From Euryarchaeota archaeon UBA125 (GTDB taxonomy: Archaea > Thermoplasmatota > Poseidoniia > Poseidoniales > Thalassarchaeaceae), in assembly GCA_002502625.1 (NCBI GenBank), contig DAPV01000035.1:6279-70278 (forward strand): a stretch of 64,000 nt of DNA, written 5' to 3'. Position numbers and translations under genes: made by a program. Below are positions 49,525-59,104 of this stretch, one piece after another. Positions within the stretch are counted from its first letter, which is position 1, and every line of letters begins with the position of its first letter. Under the pieces are notes generated by a model, which saw nothing but the letters and a program-made list of their open reading frames with translations, was not told where the DNA came from and did not search any database.

Positions 49525-49866
49525 TTAAACATCAGTTGGAGTAAGAACATCAAATGTCCATTTCCACAATAATGTTGATGTTATTGCAGTAATTATTGCT
49601 CCAGAAACTGGGAATGAAAAGGTAATAAAAATCTGATACTGGATAATAGTTGCAATACTATATCCAATAAAATTTGTAATTTTTGCAGATGAAATATCGA
49701 AGTTTTCCGTTAACAAAGTAGTTTTTCTCATTGTTTGGATTATGATAGCAATCATTCCTAATATGATTAAATGGCCAAAAAACCATCCAAATGTTGGACC
49801 GAAAGCCAGTTCTAATTGATTACTGAAATCACCAAGTAGAGGTGTCGCGAGGTCAACCGTTGCCAT
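49525..49866 (-). CDS. Small hypothetical membrane protein
   Basis: Three hydrophobic helices in 113 aa. Confidence 0.35.
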   Translation of the reverse strand: MATVDLATPLLGDFSNQLELAFGPTFGWFFGHLIILGMIAIIIQTMRKTTLLTENFDISSAKITNFIGYSIATIIQYQIFITFSFPVSGAIITAITSTLLWKWTFDVLTPTDV

Positions 49867-49953
49867 AACCTAGTCCACTTACTAGCGATTGATGAAGACT
49901 CGCATTGTATGTGGATATAAACCACAAGAAATTATACGCTTACAATTTTTTTA

Positions 49954-50940
49954 ATGTTTATGAGGCGGGGTTTGGTTGTCATCTCAATTTTAGTTGGGTT
50001 GCTATTGATTTCTTTTCCTGTTCAGGCACAAGATCTTGTTGAAGAAGAGGGGAATGTGATTATCGATATTGTCTTACCAATAGCACTAGCATTCATCATG
50101 TTTTCACTGGGATTGGGGCTAACTAGGGCTGACTTTTTCTTAGTTTTCAATGAACCTAAAGCATTTGCAATTGGCGTCTTCAATCAAATGATTGTACTTC
50201 CAATAATTGGATTTAGTGTTGTGATTTTATCTGGACTGGAGGGTGAATTAGCAGTTGGATTAATGATTTTAGCATGTTGTCCGGGGGGAGTTACCTCAAA
50301 TATTCTAACAAAATTAGCAAAAGGAGATACTGCTCTTTCCATATCATACACTGCAGTGATTTCTGTAATTGCAGTATTCACTTTACCCCTAATTGTTGGG
50401 CTCTCAATGAGTTATTTCATGGGCGAGGTAGCACCTAATATCGATATTCTTGGACTTGGAATAACTATGTTTCTTCTAACAACATTACCTGTAATGATTG
50501 GTATGACAATTAGACATCAAGCATCAGATATGGCAAAATCAATTGAAAAGAGTGTGAATATAATTGCAACAATTCTGTTTGTAATTATTGTAATAGCTGC
50601 AATTGCTAGTGAATGGGATACATTAATCGAAAATATTGGGACGTTGGGGCCTTCAGTAATCATGTTGAATGTACTTATGCTTGGAATAGGATATCAGAGT
50701 GCTAAATTTTTCAATATTGAAACTGCAAAGGCAACAACTGTTTCGATCGAAAGTGGAATTCAAAATGCGACTGTAGGAATTACGATTGGGGGGCTAATAT
50801 TGGCCTCACCTGATGGTGGTCTTTCTACTCTCAGTTTGCCTTCAGGAGTATATGGAGTCTTGATGTATCTCATTATTTCTCCCTTCATATATTGGAGAAT
50901 ATCGAAAACAAACATTCGGGAAAATGAACTTGAAGAATAA
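49954..50940 (+). CDS. Bile acid:sodium symporter (BASS/SBF) family transporter
   Basis: ..MILACCPGGVTSNILTKLAKGD.. and a 9-10 TM profile. N-terminal signal-like segment. Confidence 0.7.
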   Translation: MFMRRGLVVISILVGLLLISFPVQAQDLVEEEGNVIIDIVLPIALAFIMFSLGLGLTRADFFLVFNEPKAFAIGVFNQMIVLPIIGFSVVILSGLEGELAVGLMILACCPGGVTSNILTKLAKGDTALSISYTAVISVIAVFTLPLIVGLSMSYFMGEVAPNIDILGLGITMFLLTTLPVMIGMTIRHQASDMAKSIEKSVNIIATILFVIIVIAAIASEWDTLIENIGTLGPSVIMLNVLMLGIGYQSAKFFNIETAKATTVSIESGIQNATVGITIGGLILASPDGGLSTLSLPSGVYGVLMYLIISPFIYWRISKTNIRENELEE

Positions 50941-50941
50941 T

Positions 50942-51880
50942 CTATTCTTCAGACTTGATAGATTCTATCGGTTTCTGATCTAATTCTACAATTAAATTTC
51001 CAATTAATAATGCAATTGCTCCTATTGGTAACCAAAATGTAATGTTGCCTTCGAGGCCCAGAAATAGTGATGCTGACATTGCCCATACTGGTTCTAATGC
51101 ATACAATATAGCCGCTCTTACTGGAGAAACTTGTTTTTGAAAAATATTCAAGACCAATAATGCTACTAAACTACCAAGAATTGCACAAAGCATCAAGGGA
51201 AAAACGAAATCGAAATTCTTCATTAAAATTGTAAAATCATTGAGGTTTTGTCTTGATGATAATAAGAATACGATAATTGATAATACTGCTACCGTAATCA
51301 ACATCGTTGCAGTAACTTGAATTGGATCAACAATTTTTGTTACCTTGTCTGTAGCAATAATATGTGCTCCAAATAACAATGCACAACCAACTGTCAACCA
51401 TTCACCTAAACCAAAGTTCAATTGAGGTGGTCCACTAATCCATCCGGCACCAAATGTAGCCAGAATGACGCCTATAATAGCGAAACGAGTTAATTTTTGC
51501 ATTCCTGTAAACACACCAATTAATGCAGTAAATACTACGTACAAACTGGTCAAAAACGCTGAAACCGCTGGAGTTACTTCTGTCAATCCAAGCATTTGGA
51601 GAATAAATCCACCCCATACAATCACTCCAAGAATTAAACCTCCTTTCCAGACTTCGATGTTTCCTAAACCAGACCAGGTTTTGGGAACAAGTAACAAAAG
51701 AAAAAATCCGGCGATTACGAAGCGCATCATAACAAAAAATATAGCAACATGATTTTCAGATAATGTTGGAATGAGGTTTGATGCTGCATCTAAAGATTGT
51801 TGCATCCAAATGAATGTACCACCCCATAGAAGTGTGACTCCAAATAAAGAAAAAAGTGCAATCGAACGATTGTTTTCCAT
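50942..51880 (-). CDS. EamA/DMT-superfamily transporter
   Basis: Ten TM helices in two 5-TM halves. Confidence 0.6.
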   Translation of the reverse strand: MENNRSIALFSLFGVTLLWGGTFIWMQQSLDAASNLIPTLSENHVAIFFVMMRFVIAGFFLLLLVPKTWSGLGNIEVWKGGLILGVIVWGGFILQMLGLTEVTPAVSAFLTSLYVVFTALIGVFTGMQKLTRFAIIGVILATFGAGWISGPPQLNFGLGEWLTVGCALLFGAHIIATDKVTKIVDPIQVTATMLITVAVLSIIVFLLSSRQNLNDFTILMKNFDFVFPLMLCAILGSLVALLVLNIFQKQVSPVRAAILYALEPVWAMSASLFLGLEGNITFWLPIGAIALLIGNLIVELDQKPIESIKSEE

Positions 51881-51884
51881 ATAT

Positions 51885-52493
51885 TCACTCAGCCACAATT
51901 CTTAGGTCTTGTAAGAATAATTCAATCATTAGGTCAGGGTTGTCCCATAAAACACGTACATTTCCATTATTATCGATAATATATGTGGGTTGAGTATGGT
52001 TGAAACCATATCCTTCTTCTGATTGATCTTCAAAACTAATCGGAGCTACCCCGAATTCATTCAGCACAGGCACTACTGCTTCTGGAGAACCTGTCAAATG
52101 TGTCCAAGAAAAATTATTGTTTTCTGTCCATTCTTGCAACACTATTGGGGAATCATGCCAGGGATCAATAGTTACTGAAACAAATGTAATATTTTCTTTT
52201 TCTTCGGATGATAATTCAGAATAAATAGCAGAAAGTGAATGAGAAATTACTGGACAAGTTGAGTAACATCTGGAATATGTAAAGGCCAATACTACTGTTT
52301 TTCCTCTTTCTTCCTCCAATGACCACAAACTACCATTCATTGATTCTAAAGTAAATAATGGAGCTGGATTTGCGCCTGTCCATTCATATCCGTTATACGG
52401 ATTAGTAGACTCAGAGTCGGTTTCCGAACCAATACATCCAGCAAGCAATAATATGCAAGTAAGAAAAATGACTTTCAAATCTACTTGTTGCAT
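51885..52493 (-). CDS. SCO1/SenC-family copper chaperone (thioredoxin fold), lipoprotein-like
   Basis: ..FTYSRCYSTCP.. (CxxxCP) and ..TIDPWHDSP... N-terminal signal with LAGC lipobox-like sequence. Confidence 0.7.
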   Translation of the reverse strand: MQQVDLKVIFLTCILLLAGCIGSETDSESTNPYNGYEWTGANPAPLFTLESMNGSLWSLEEERGKTVVLAFTYSRCYSTCPVISHSLSAIYSELSSEEKENITFVSVTIDPWHDSPIVLQEWTENNNFSWTHLTGSPEAVVPVLNEFGVAPISFEDQSEEGYGFNHTQPTYIIDNNGNVRVLWDNPDLMIELFLQDLRIVAE

Positions 52494-53056
52494 CTTGTCA
52501 GCCCACTTCCTTCATTGTATTTGTACTGGTCACCTGTTTTTTTACAAAATAAATTTGAATCAAGGGGTTCCCCATATTCGCCAACCCAACCAACTCTACG
52601 AGCAGGATTGCCCATCATCAAGGCATATGGTTCAACAGAAGAAGTAACAACGGATCCTGCTCCAATTAACGCATACTTTCCTATCTCTATACCACAAAGA
52701 ATTGTTGCATTTGCCCCTATAGATACACCCTTACGGACAAACGTTTCTTTGAATTCATCTCTTCTATCAATCTCGGCACGAGGATATAGTATATTGGTAA
52801 AAACAGATGATGGGCCACAAAATACATTCTCTTCCAAAATGACACCTGAAAATATTGAAACATTGTTCTGAATTTTACAACCTGAATCGATTTTTACTCC
52901 ACTTCCAATCATGATATTTTGTCCAAGTGTACAATTTTTACCAATAGAAACATTATCCATAATATGTGAAAAATGCCAGATCTTAGTACCATCTCCAATG
53001 ATTGAACCATCATCAATTATCGATGATGGATGAATCCATGGTTCAGGCCCACCCAT
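52481..53056 (-). CDS. Hexapeptide-repeat (LbH) sugar N-acetyltransferase (PglD/WbpD-like)
   Basis: Successive [LIV]-G-x-x-x-x hexapeptide repeats: IGDGTKIWHFSHI, IGKNCTLGQNIMIGSGVKI, IGANATILCGIEIG. Confidence 0.7.
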   Translation of the reverse strand: MGGPEPWIHPSSIIDDGSIIGDGTKIWHFSHIMDNVSIGKNCTLGQNIMIGSGVKIDSGCKIQNNVSIFSGVILEENVFCGPSSVFTNILYPRAEIDRRDEFKETFVRKGVSIGANATILCGIEIGKYALIGAGSVVTSSVEPYALMMGNPARRVGWVGEYGEPLDSNLFCKKTGDQYKYNEGSGLTRCNK

Positions 53057-53144
53057 ACCTCTCGCACAAGATATTGTTGTTTGAGCCGTTGGGTCAACTG
53101 GGAGTGTCTAAATCCAAGGACTTCTTCGTCTATTCTGAATTCAT

Positions 53145-53585
53145 ATGGAAATACAATATGTGTGGGAATCTTCAGTCAATGATGCTCATTTAGATCTTAG
53201 ATGGAAAGTTCTTCGTATAGGAAAGCCGAGACATACAGCACATTATGATGGAATTGATACTGATCAAAGAACTCGTTTTCTTGTAGCATATCACGAAAAT
53301 AAAATGGTAGGTTGTTCGACTTTACAAACTGATCCGCGCGATGGAGCCATGTTTAGAATCAGAGGTATGGCAGTTGATTTTGATTTTCAAAACAATGGAA
53401 TTGGAAGTAAAATTGTTGAAATGTTGCAAAAATATGCTAGAGAAAATAATTCAGGAATTTGGTGTAATGCGAGAATTCGTGCAGTTCCAATGTATGAAAG
53501 AATGGGGTTTGCCATCATTTCAGATATTTTTGAAATCGAAGGTATTGGCCCACATCATGACATGCAATGGAATTTTAATGATTAA
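53145..53585 (+). CDS. GNAT-family N-acetyltransferase
   Basis: ..IRGMAVDFDFQNNGIGSKIVEML.. (acetyl-CoA motif A). Confidence 0.75.
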   Translation: MEIQYVWESSVNDAHLDLRWKVLRIGKPRHTAHYDGIDTDQRTRFLVAYHENKMVGCSTLQTDPRDGAMFRIRGMAVDFDFQNNGIGSKIVEMLQKYARENNSGIWCNARIRAVPMYERMGFAIISDIFEIEGIGPHHDMQWNFND

Positions 53586-53953
53586 GCAAGACATGTAACC
53601 GCTATACACATTACTAACATCAGAGATGCTGGAGTTGCTCTGCTCAATGGATCTCCTCGGGTTTTAAGATGGCAAATAATTGCTCCAGCCATCAAAATAC
53701 CCATTCCTAACGCAGCGTATTGAACAACAGAAGAATACCAAATTCCAGCAATCAATAACATTGCTAGGCCTAATTTTGTTCCTCCGATTAAATAAACAGA
53801 CCAGTTTGGCAATCCATACACTTCAAATTCTTCAAAAATATTTGTTGCATTGCCCGCACGGTAATTTGTTTCTAGCTTTGGCCTCACTAGCCAAACAGCA
53901 ATAATCACAATAGCAATAGTCAACTGAAGAAGGGGTACCAATGTCTCAATCAT
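53582..53953 (-). CDS. DoxX-like small membrane protein
   Basis: 123 aa, four TM helices. Confidence 0.35.
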   Translation of the reverse strand: MIETLVPLLQLTIAIVIIAVWLVRPKLETNYRAGNATNIFEEFEVYGLPNWSVYLIGGTKLGLAMLLIAGIWYSSVVQYAALGMGILMAGAIICHLKTRGDPLSRATPASLMLVMCIAVTCLA

Positions 53954-54009
53954 AACTAAAGTTTTGACAAATGACGTATATACTCTTGTTTTGAAACTAA
54001 ATTGATAAT

Positions 54010-54651
54010 TTAGGATGATTCGGTCTCGATTATATCTAATGCAGAGTTCACAGATTTTCCTTCAATAATTGAATTAATTCCCAATAAATGTCTATCAAAA
54101 GTAGCCAGATTTGTCTGAATTATATTTCTAATTAATGATTGAGGTGGGTCTATTCCATCTAAATCTAATGCTGTTTTATAATTTAATTCGCCATCCGAAA
54201 TATCCATTTCAAAATTTCCAACTACTAATCTATAATTTACGATAGTAATGAAACGCATGATTTTCTCAATCATGGATTCTGGAATCCCATTTTCTAAAGA
54301 TGAATAAAAAATCAATTGGTTTTCATTTTCTCGGGTTTGTACCATACAATGCCACTTACCATTTTTCCCTTCGAATCCAAATGCAATAGTGCTATGGCTT
54401 TCTAATAATTCATATGTCCATCCATCGCTTTCAAGATATTCTTTGGCTAATTTCAATAAAGGATATTCTTTCAAAGGATCTATTTTCCTATCTATTTGTT
54501 CCGGAATATTTCGAGTAAGGTATTCTTTGAATTTAGGATTTAATTCAGGACTAGATGAAAAAGAATGGGAACGAAGTGTGTCAGAAATCCCTTCCATAAA
54601 TTCTTGGTCGCTCATAGAAGAGTAATCTTGCTCAAAGCGACCGCTCATCAA
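54010..54651 (-). CDS. YbjN-like (T3SS-chaperone-like fold) protein
   Basis: ..VVGNFEMDISDGELNYKTALDLDG.. matches the YbjN G-F-x-D..DGE signature. Confidence 0.4.
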   Translation of the reverse strand: MMSGRFEQDYSSMSDQEFMEGISDTLRSHSFSSSPELNPKFKEYLTRNIPEQIDRKIDPLKEYPLLKLAKEYLESDGWTYELLESHSTIAFGFEGKNGKWHCMVQTRENENQLIFYSSLENGIPESMIEKIMRFITIVNYRLVVGNFEMDISDGELNYKTALDLDGIDPPQSLIRNIIQTNLATFDRHLLGINSIIEGKSVNSALDIIETESS

Positions 54652-54748
54652 TGCACCCCAATATAATATGGTATAGAGTGCTTAATTAAACACTTGTTAT
54701 ATCAGTTATAATAAAAAATAACTTTTTTAGTAAAAGACAATCGTTCCA

Positions 54749-55675
54749 TCAAATTTCAAGTTCGATATTTAGATTCTGAATTAATTCCTTGTATCTATTT
54801 CGAATTGTGACTTCAGTAACTCCTGCAACCTCTGCAACCTCACGTTGCGTACGTCGTTTACCACACAGGACTGAAGCAATATAGATAATCGATGCTGCAA
54901 TACCAGTTGGACCTCTTCCTGATGTCAATTCTTTCTCTTGTGCTCTTTGAATCAACTCATATGCCTTTGATTGGACTTCTGCATCTAGATCTAAACCACT
55001 ACAGAAACGAGGGATGTACATCTCTGGTGTAGTTGGTGGTATTTTCATCTTCAATTCTCGGACCATGAATCGATATGTGCGTCCGATTTCTTTTCTACCA
55101 GTTCTACTAGCTGTACTAATTTCATCTAATGTTCTAGGATTTCCACACTGCCTACAAGCAGCATACAAACTGGCTGCTGCTACACCTTCAATGGATCTGC
55201 CACGAATTAATCGGGCCTCTACTGCACGTTTGTAATTAACAGCAGCAGCTTCGCGAATTGACTTTGGAAGATTCAATCGGCTAGCCATTCTATCTAATTC
55301 AGCTAACGCCATAGCTAGGTTTCGCTCAGTTGCATTACTAACTCTACTTCTCTTTTGCCACTTTCTCATTCTGTAAAATTGGCTACGATAACGACTGCTG
55401 ATTGTTTTTCCAGAATAATCTTTGTTTTGCCAATCAATATCGGTGGAAAGTCCCTTATCGTGAAGCATAACTGTCATTGGTGCACCGGTTCTAGCCCTTT
55501 GATCTCCTTGTTCTGGACTAAAAACACGCCATTCTGCACCTTGATCGATTACGTTATCTTCCACAACTAGACCACAAACAGCACAGACAATTTCACCCCT
55601 TGTCTCGTCACGATCTAGGTCGCGGCTTCCACATTCTGGGCATTTTACGATGTCTTCTACTTGAGGGTCTGACAT
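54749..55675 (-). CDS. tfb: Transcription initiation factor TFB
   Basis: Zn ribbon [10 protein letters not shown]...[10 protein letters not shown], two cyclin repeats, C-terminal HTH ..[19 protein letters not shown]... Start set at MSDPQV (the ORF track extends to 55735). Confidence 0.9.
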   Translation of the reverse strand: MSDPQVEDIVKCPECGSRDLDRDETRGEIVCAVCGLVVEDNVIDQGAEWRVFSPEQGDQRARTGAPMTVMLHDKGLSTDIDWQNKDYSGKTISSRYRSQFYRMRKWQKRSRVSNATERNLAMALAELDRMASRLNLPKSIREAAAVNYKRAVEARLIRGRSIEGVAAASLYAACRQCGNPRTLDEISTASRTGRKEIGRTYRFMVRELKMKIPPTTPEMYIPRFCSGLDLDAEVQSKAYELIQRAQEKELTSGRGPTGIAASIIYIASVLCGKRRTQREVAEVAGVTEVTIRNRYKELIQNLNIELEI

Positions 55676-55689
55676 ATTGATTATCTCCA

Positions 55690-55730
55690 AAGATATTATA
55701 CACTCGAATAATTCTCTCTTATAAATCTTT
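55690..55730 (-). promoter_or_regulatory. Putative TATA/BRE region for tfb
   Basis: Minus strand ..AAAGATTTATAAGAGAGAATTATTCGAGTGTATAATATCTTTGGAGATAATCAATATG. Two TATA-like elements 20-45 nt upstream of the ATG. Confidence 0.3.
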
Positions 55731-55813
55731 TTCAAAATAATGACCGATTTTTAAGCAACAGATTATTCATTTCTTTGAATTGAATCACGGCCAAGGTCAA
55801 ATAGAGTCAGTCC

Positions 55814-57832
55814 ATGCTCAGTACGGTGTCGAACATGAGTGGGTCCTGGCCTCCATCATTTGTGCAATTATCTGATGATGCTCGAGTTTTATTTTTGACT
55901 AAAGATCTGGACTTGATCAAAAAACAATTGTATGAAGGTCTTGAATTACAAATGGAGGATTTATCGGTCGATGATTTATTGGACGATATCAATACTGATG
56001 TTATGACTCCTGCATGGGTTTGTTTTGATCATGACCCTGCAATTATTGCTGAAAATGCATATGCTGGTTTAATGCACGATGGTGAAAGAGTCTTTAGAGA
56101 AAATGCATTGAAGATGGGTGGTTTTGAAATAATAGTTTCAGGACATAGAAAGGGCACGGGATCTAGCAGAGAAACTGCACCTCAATGTGAACGATGGTCG
56201 GGTATTAGAATCGTGATTGCTGCATCTTTCGCACCCATCCATGAAAGAAATAATATCAATCTTGGACAGTTAATGGGAGATCATGAGATGTTAATACGTC
56301 TACAGAGAGGAGAACAAATATCCCTTCAAGAATTTACAAACAAATACGATCCTGTAACTAGATTGATTTTAGAAAGTGGGGGGATTTTTCCTTTCGCTAA
56401 AAAATTAGGGGAAGGCGAAGTGGTTCTTCCCCCTATATCTGAAATCGAAAAACCAATGACAATGGCTGAAAAAATAATTGCAAGAAAATTAATTGGAACA
56501 AATAACAAAAAATGTTTTGTCTCTCCTGGAGATGCTGTTTTAGCAACAGTAGATGGGGGATATAGTCATGAATTTACAACTGCACAGGTTCATAATTTCT
56601 TAAGTTCAGAATATGGAGAAGATTACACTATTCCCAATCCTCCAAAATTTGCTGTTTTCGAAGATCATTTACTCTATGCAACCGGAGTACCGCGTTTTGG
56701 GCCATTTGTAGAAAAAATACAAACTCTCCGTGACCTTCAAATGACTTTCCAACAACATACCGGTGTCAGAGATTATTCAGCAGTAAATGGAATAAGTCCT
56801 GGAATTTGTCATCAAGTTGCAAGAGAAGAATTCATTGACGTGGGTGATTTTATCCAAGCTACAGATAGTCATACTTGCATGGGGGGGGCTTCGAATGCCC
56901 TCACATATGGAGTTGGGGCAACTGAATACGCTAATTTAGTTCACAATCAATTTGCATTCGTAAAGGTCCCTGAAAGTATTAGATTCGAACTTGTTGGGAA
57001 ATTAAATCCTGGTTGTACTGCAAAGGATGTAATTTTGCACATACTTTGGTACTATGCTAAGCACTCTGATACATTAGATCGATCAATGGAATTTGGTGGA
57101 TCGGGGCTTGCATCTCTTTCGATGGATGAAAGAGCTACACTCTGTAATATGGCAACAGAATGTAGTGCTAAAACCGGAATTTGTGAACCTGATCGATTAA
57201 CAATTGACTGGTTAATGAGAAGAAGAAATAATCTTACAGATGAAGATATTAGAACTGCATTTGTATTGCCTGATGAAAATGCTCACTATGATGGGGGAAT
57301 ACATACAATTGATTTGAATGAAATTCGTCCAATGGTGGCTCATCCTGGAAACCCAGACGAAGGTGTTCCATCAGACCCAACAAATGGAGCATATATCGAC
57401 GAAATTGGAGATGTGAAAATCGATATTGCATATGCCGGTTCATGTACAGCAGGAAAAGATGATGATTTTGCTTACTATGCAATGGTTACCAAGGCTGCCT
57501 TAGATGCTGGTTTACAAGTAGCGGACGGAGTTGATTGTTACATTCAATTTGGATCAAAGGCAGTCAAGGATTTGTCTCAAAAAAATGGTTGGACTGATTT
57601 ATTTGAGGCGGCTGGAGTCAAATTAATTGATCCAGGATGTGGGGCATGTATTGGCGCTGGACCGGGTGTCTCTGATAATCCAGACCAAGTTTCAGTTTCT
57701 GCAATTAATAGAAACTTTCAGGGTCGTTCAGGTCCTGGAAAATTGTACCTAGCAAGTCCATTAACTGTGATGGCTAGTGCTTTTACCGGAAAAATTACTG
57801 CTTGGCATCCTAATCTGTTTAGGGGAGCATGA
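55814..57832 (+). CDS. Aconitase-family Fe-S hydro-lyase with N-terminal swivel (LeuD-like) domain fused ahead of LeuC-like catalytic domains
   Basis: N-terminal ..GTGSSRETAPQCERWSGIRIVIAASFAPIHERNNINLGQL.. (LeuD/domain-4 signature). Catalytic ..ATDSHTCMGGA.., ..GSCTAGKDDD.., ..PGCGACIGAG.. Cys ligands. Confidence 0.7.
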   Translation: MLSTVSNMSGSWPPSFVQLSDDARVLFLTKDLDLIKKQLYEGLELQMEDLSVDDLLDDINTDVMTPAWVCFDHDPAIIAENAYAGLMHDGERVFRENALKMGGFEIIVSGHRKGTGSSRETAPQCERWSGIRIVIAASFAPIHERNNINLGQLMGDHEMLIRLQRGEQISLQEFTNKYDPVTRLILESGGIFPFAKKLGEGEVVLPPISEIEKPMTMAEKIIARKLIGTNNKKCFVSPGDAVLATVDGGYSHEFTTAQVHNFLSSEYGEDYTIPNPPKFAVFEDHLLYATGVPRFGPFVEKIQTLRDLQMTFQQHTGVRDYSAVNGISPGICHQVAREEFIDVGDFIQATDSHTCMGGASNALTYGVGATEYANLVHNQFAFVKVPESIRFELVGKLNPGCTAKDVILHILWYYAKHSDTLDRSMEFGGSGLASLSMDERATLCNMATECSAKTGICEPDRLTIDWLMRRRNNLTDEDIRTAFVLPDENAHYDGGIHTIDLNEIRPMVAHPGNPDEGVPSDPTNGAYIDEIGDVKIDIAYAGSCTAGKDDDFAYYAMVTKAALDAGLQVADGVDCYIQFGSKAVKDLSQKNGWTDLFEAAGVKLIDPGCGACIGAGPGVSDNPDQVSVSAINRNFQGRSGPGKLYLASPLTVMASAFTGKITAWHPNLFRGA

Positions 57833-57841
57833 GGTGAAAAT

Positions 57842-59104
57842 TTGGCTCGAAGGGAGCCCATGGCATTATTGTGGGAAAGAACACATAGTGTGTTATCTTC
57901 ATGTATAGAAGAGGGAGTGAAATTTGCTCCGCTTCCTTCACCGCCATACCTATTCGAAGAGATGCCTGTTGTTCAACCGAAACCGGATATTATTTGTCAA
58001 CAAGTAATCGGTTTGAGTTCAGTAGATAAGGCTGGATTCAGACGAATTATCGAAAATTATCTAAATTCAAATCTACCTGATTATGTTAAACGTTCAATTG
58101 ATGAAGAGCGAGCATTGGACCAGTATATTTACGATTCAATTGATATGTTAATTGATAAATTTCTAATCGCACGAATATCTGAGTGGTTTAGATCGGGGCT
58201 AGATTGCGAGGTTCCAGATACAGATCGATGGTGGTGGGCAGTTGCTCTATTTGTTGGAGTAAGTATTCGGCGACCAAAAGCAATCCTAGATGATGGATTT
58301 CACCTCTTAGAGTCTATCACATTAGGGTCTCCACCAGGTCAATGGCAAACTAAAGCGCAGAAGGGCCCTCATCTGGTTGATTGGAATGGAATAGATGATT
58401 CGGAAAATAATGTTGAGATACATGTTGATGGTGCGATAGCTGCAGCGTGGATACTTGATACTCTAAATGCTGAGAAAATGTTGATTGAAAGATGGTGGCC
58501 AGAAATAATCAATCGAACACACTTGTACGTCCCACTAAGAATGAATGAAAGGTTGAATCTTTCTATCGGAAAGAAAGAATACTTGGATGTGCATCTAAAT
58601 TGTATTTCTCACCTTGTAATTCAGGATTTAGACTTAACATATACATTAATTGGAAAATTATTAGAGGAAATTGATTTAAAAAATCTAGCAAAAATGGTTT
58701 CTATTTCAGAAAGGATTTCGTTTCATTCCATTGATATTTCTTTGCAATTAATTGATGCCGGGTTTGAACGAGGAGGGGACGCGGCTGTGATTGCTCAGAG
58801 TGCGTTGAGTGCCTTAGCAGCACACGACGAACAGGCATTTTTGAGTCGTGTTGAAGTTGCTGCTTATCATACTGATATACGCTCAAAAAGGAAATTTGTT
58901 CAAAGTGGTTTGAGAATCCTAATGCAAATTGATCCAAATGATTCTCGATCCATTTTAATAAATTCATTAATAGAAAATGATGAGGTTTCAAGAGTAAGAT
59001 TACGTCGTTTTGCAATTGAAATGTGTGAAATAAATCCTAGTTCCAAGGAAAAAGTTGTCAAGGCATTAGAAGAGCATGTAATGGATGTTGATTGGTTACA
59101 CTAA
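57842..59104 (+). CDS. Hypothetical all-alpha protein
   Basis: Starts 10 nt after the aconitase-family stop. 420 aa, no recognised motif. Confidence 0.4.
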   Translation: MARREPMALLWERTHSVLSSCIEEGVKFAPLPSPPYLFEEMPVVQPKPDIICQQVIGLSSVDKAGFRRIIENYLNSNLPDYVKRSIDEERALDQYIYDSIDMLIDKFLIARISEWFRSGLDCEVPDTDRWWWAVALFVGVSIRRPKAILDDGFHLLESITLGSPPGQWQTKAQKGPHLVDWNGIDDSENNVEIHVDGAIAAAWILDTLNAEKMLIERWWPEIINRTHLYVPLRMNERLNLSIGKKEYLDVHLNCISHLVIQDLDLTYTLIGKLLEEIDLKNLAKMVSISERISFHSIDISLQLIDAGFERGGDAAVIAQSALSALAAHDEQAFLSRVEVAAYHTDIRSKRKFVQSGLRILMQIDPNDSRSILINSLIENDEVSRVRLRRFAIEMCEINPSSKEKVVKALEEHVMDVDWLH

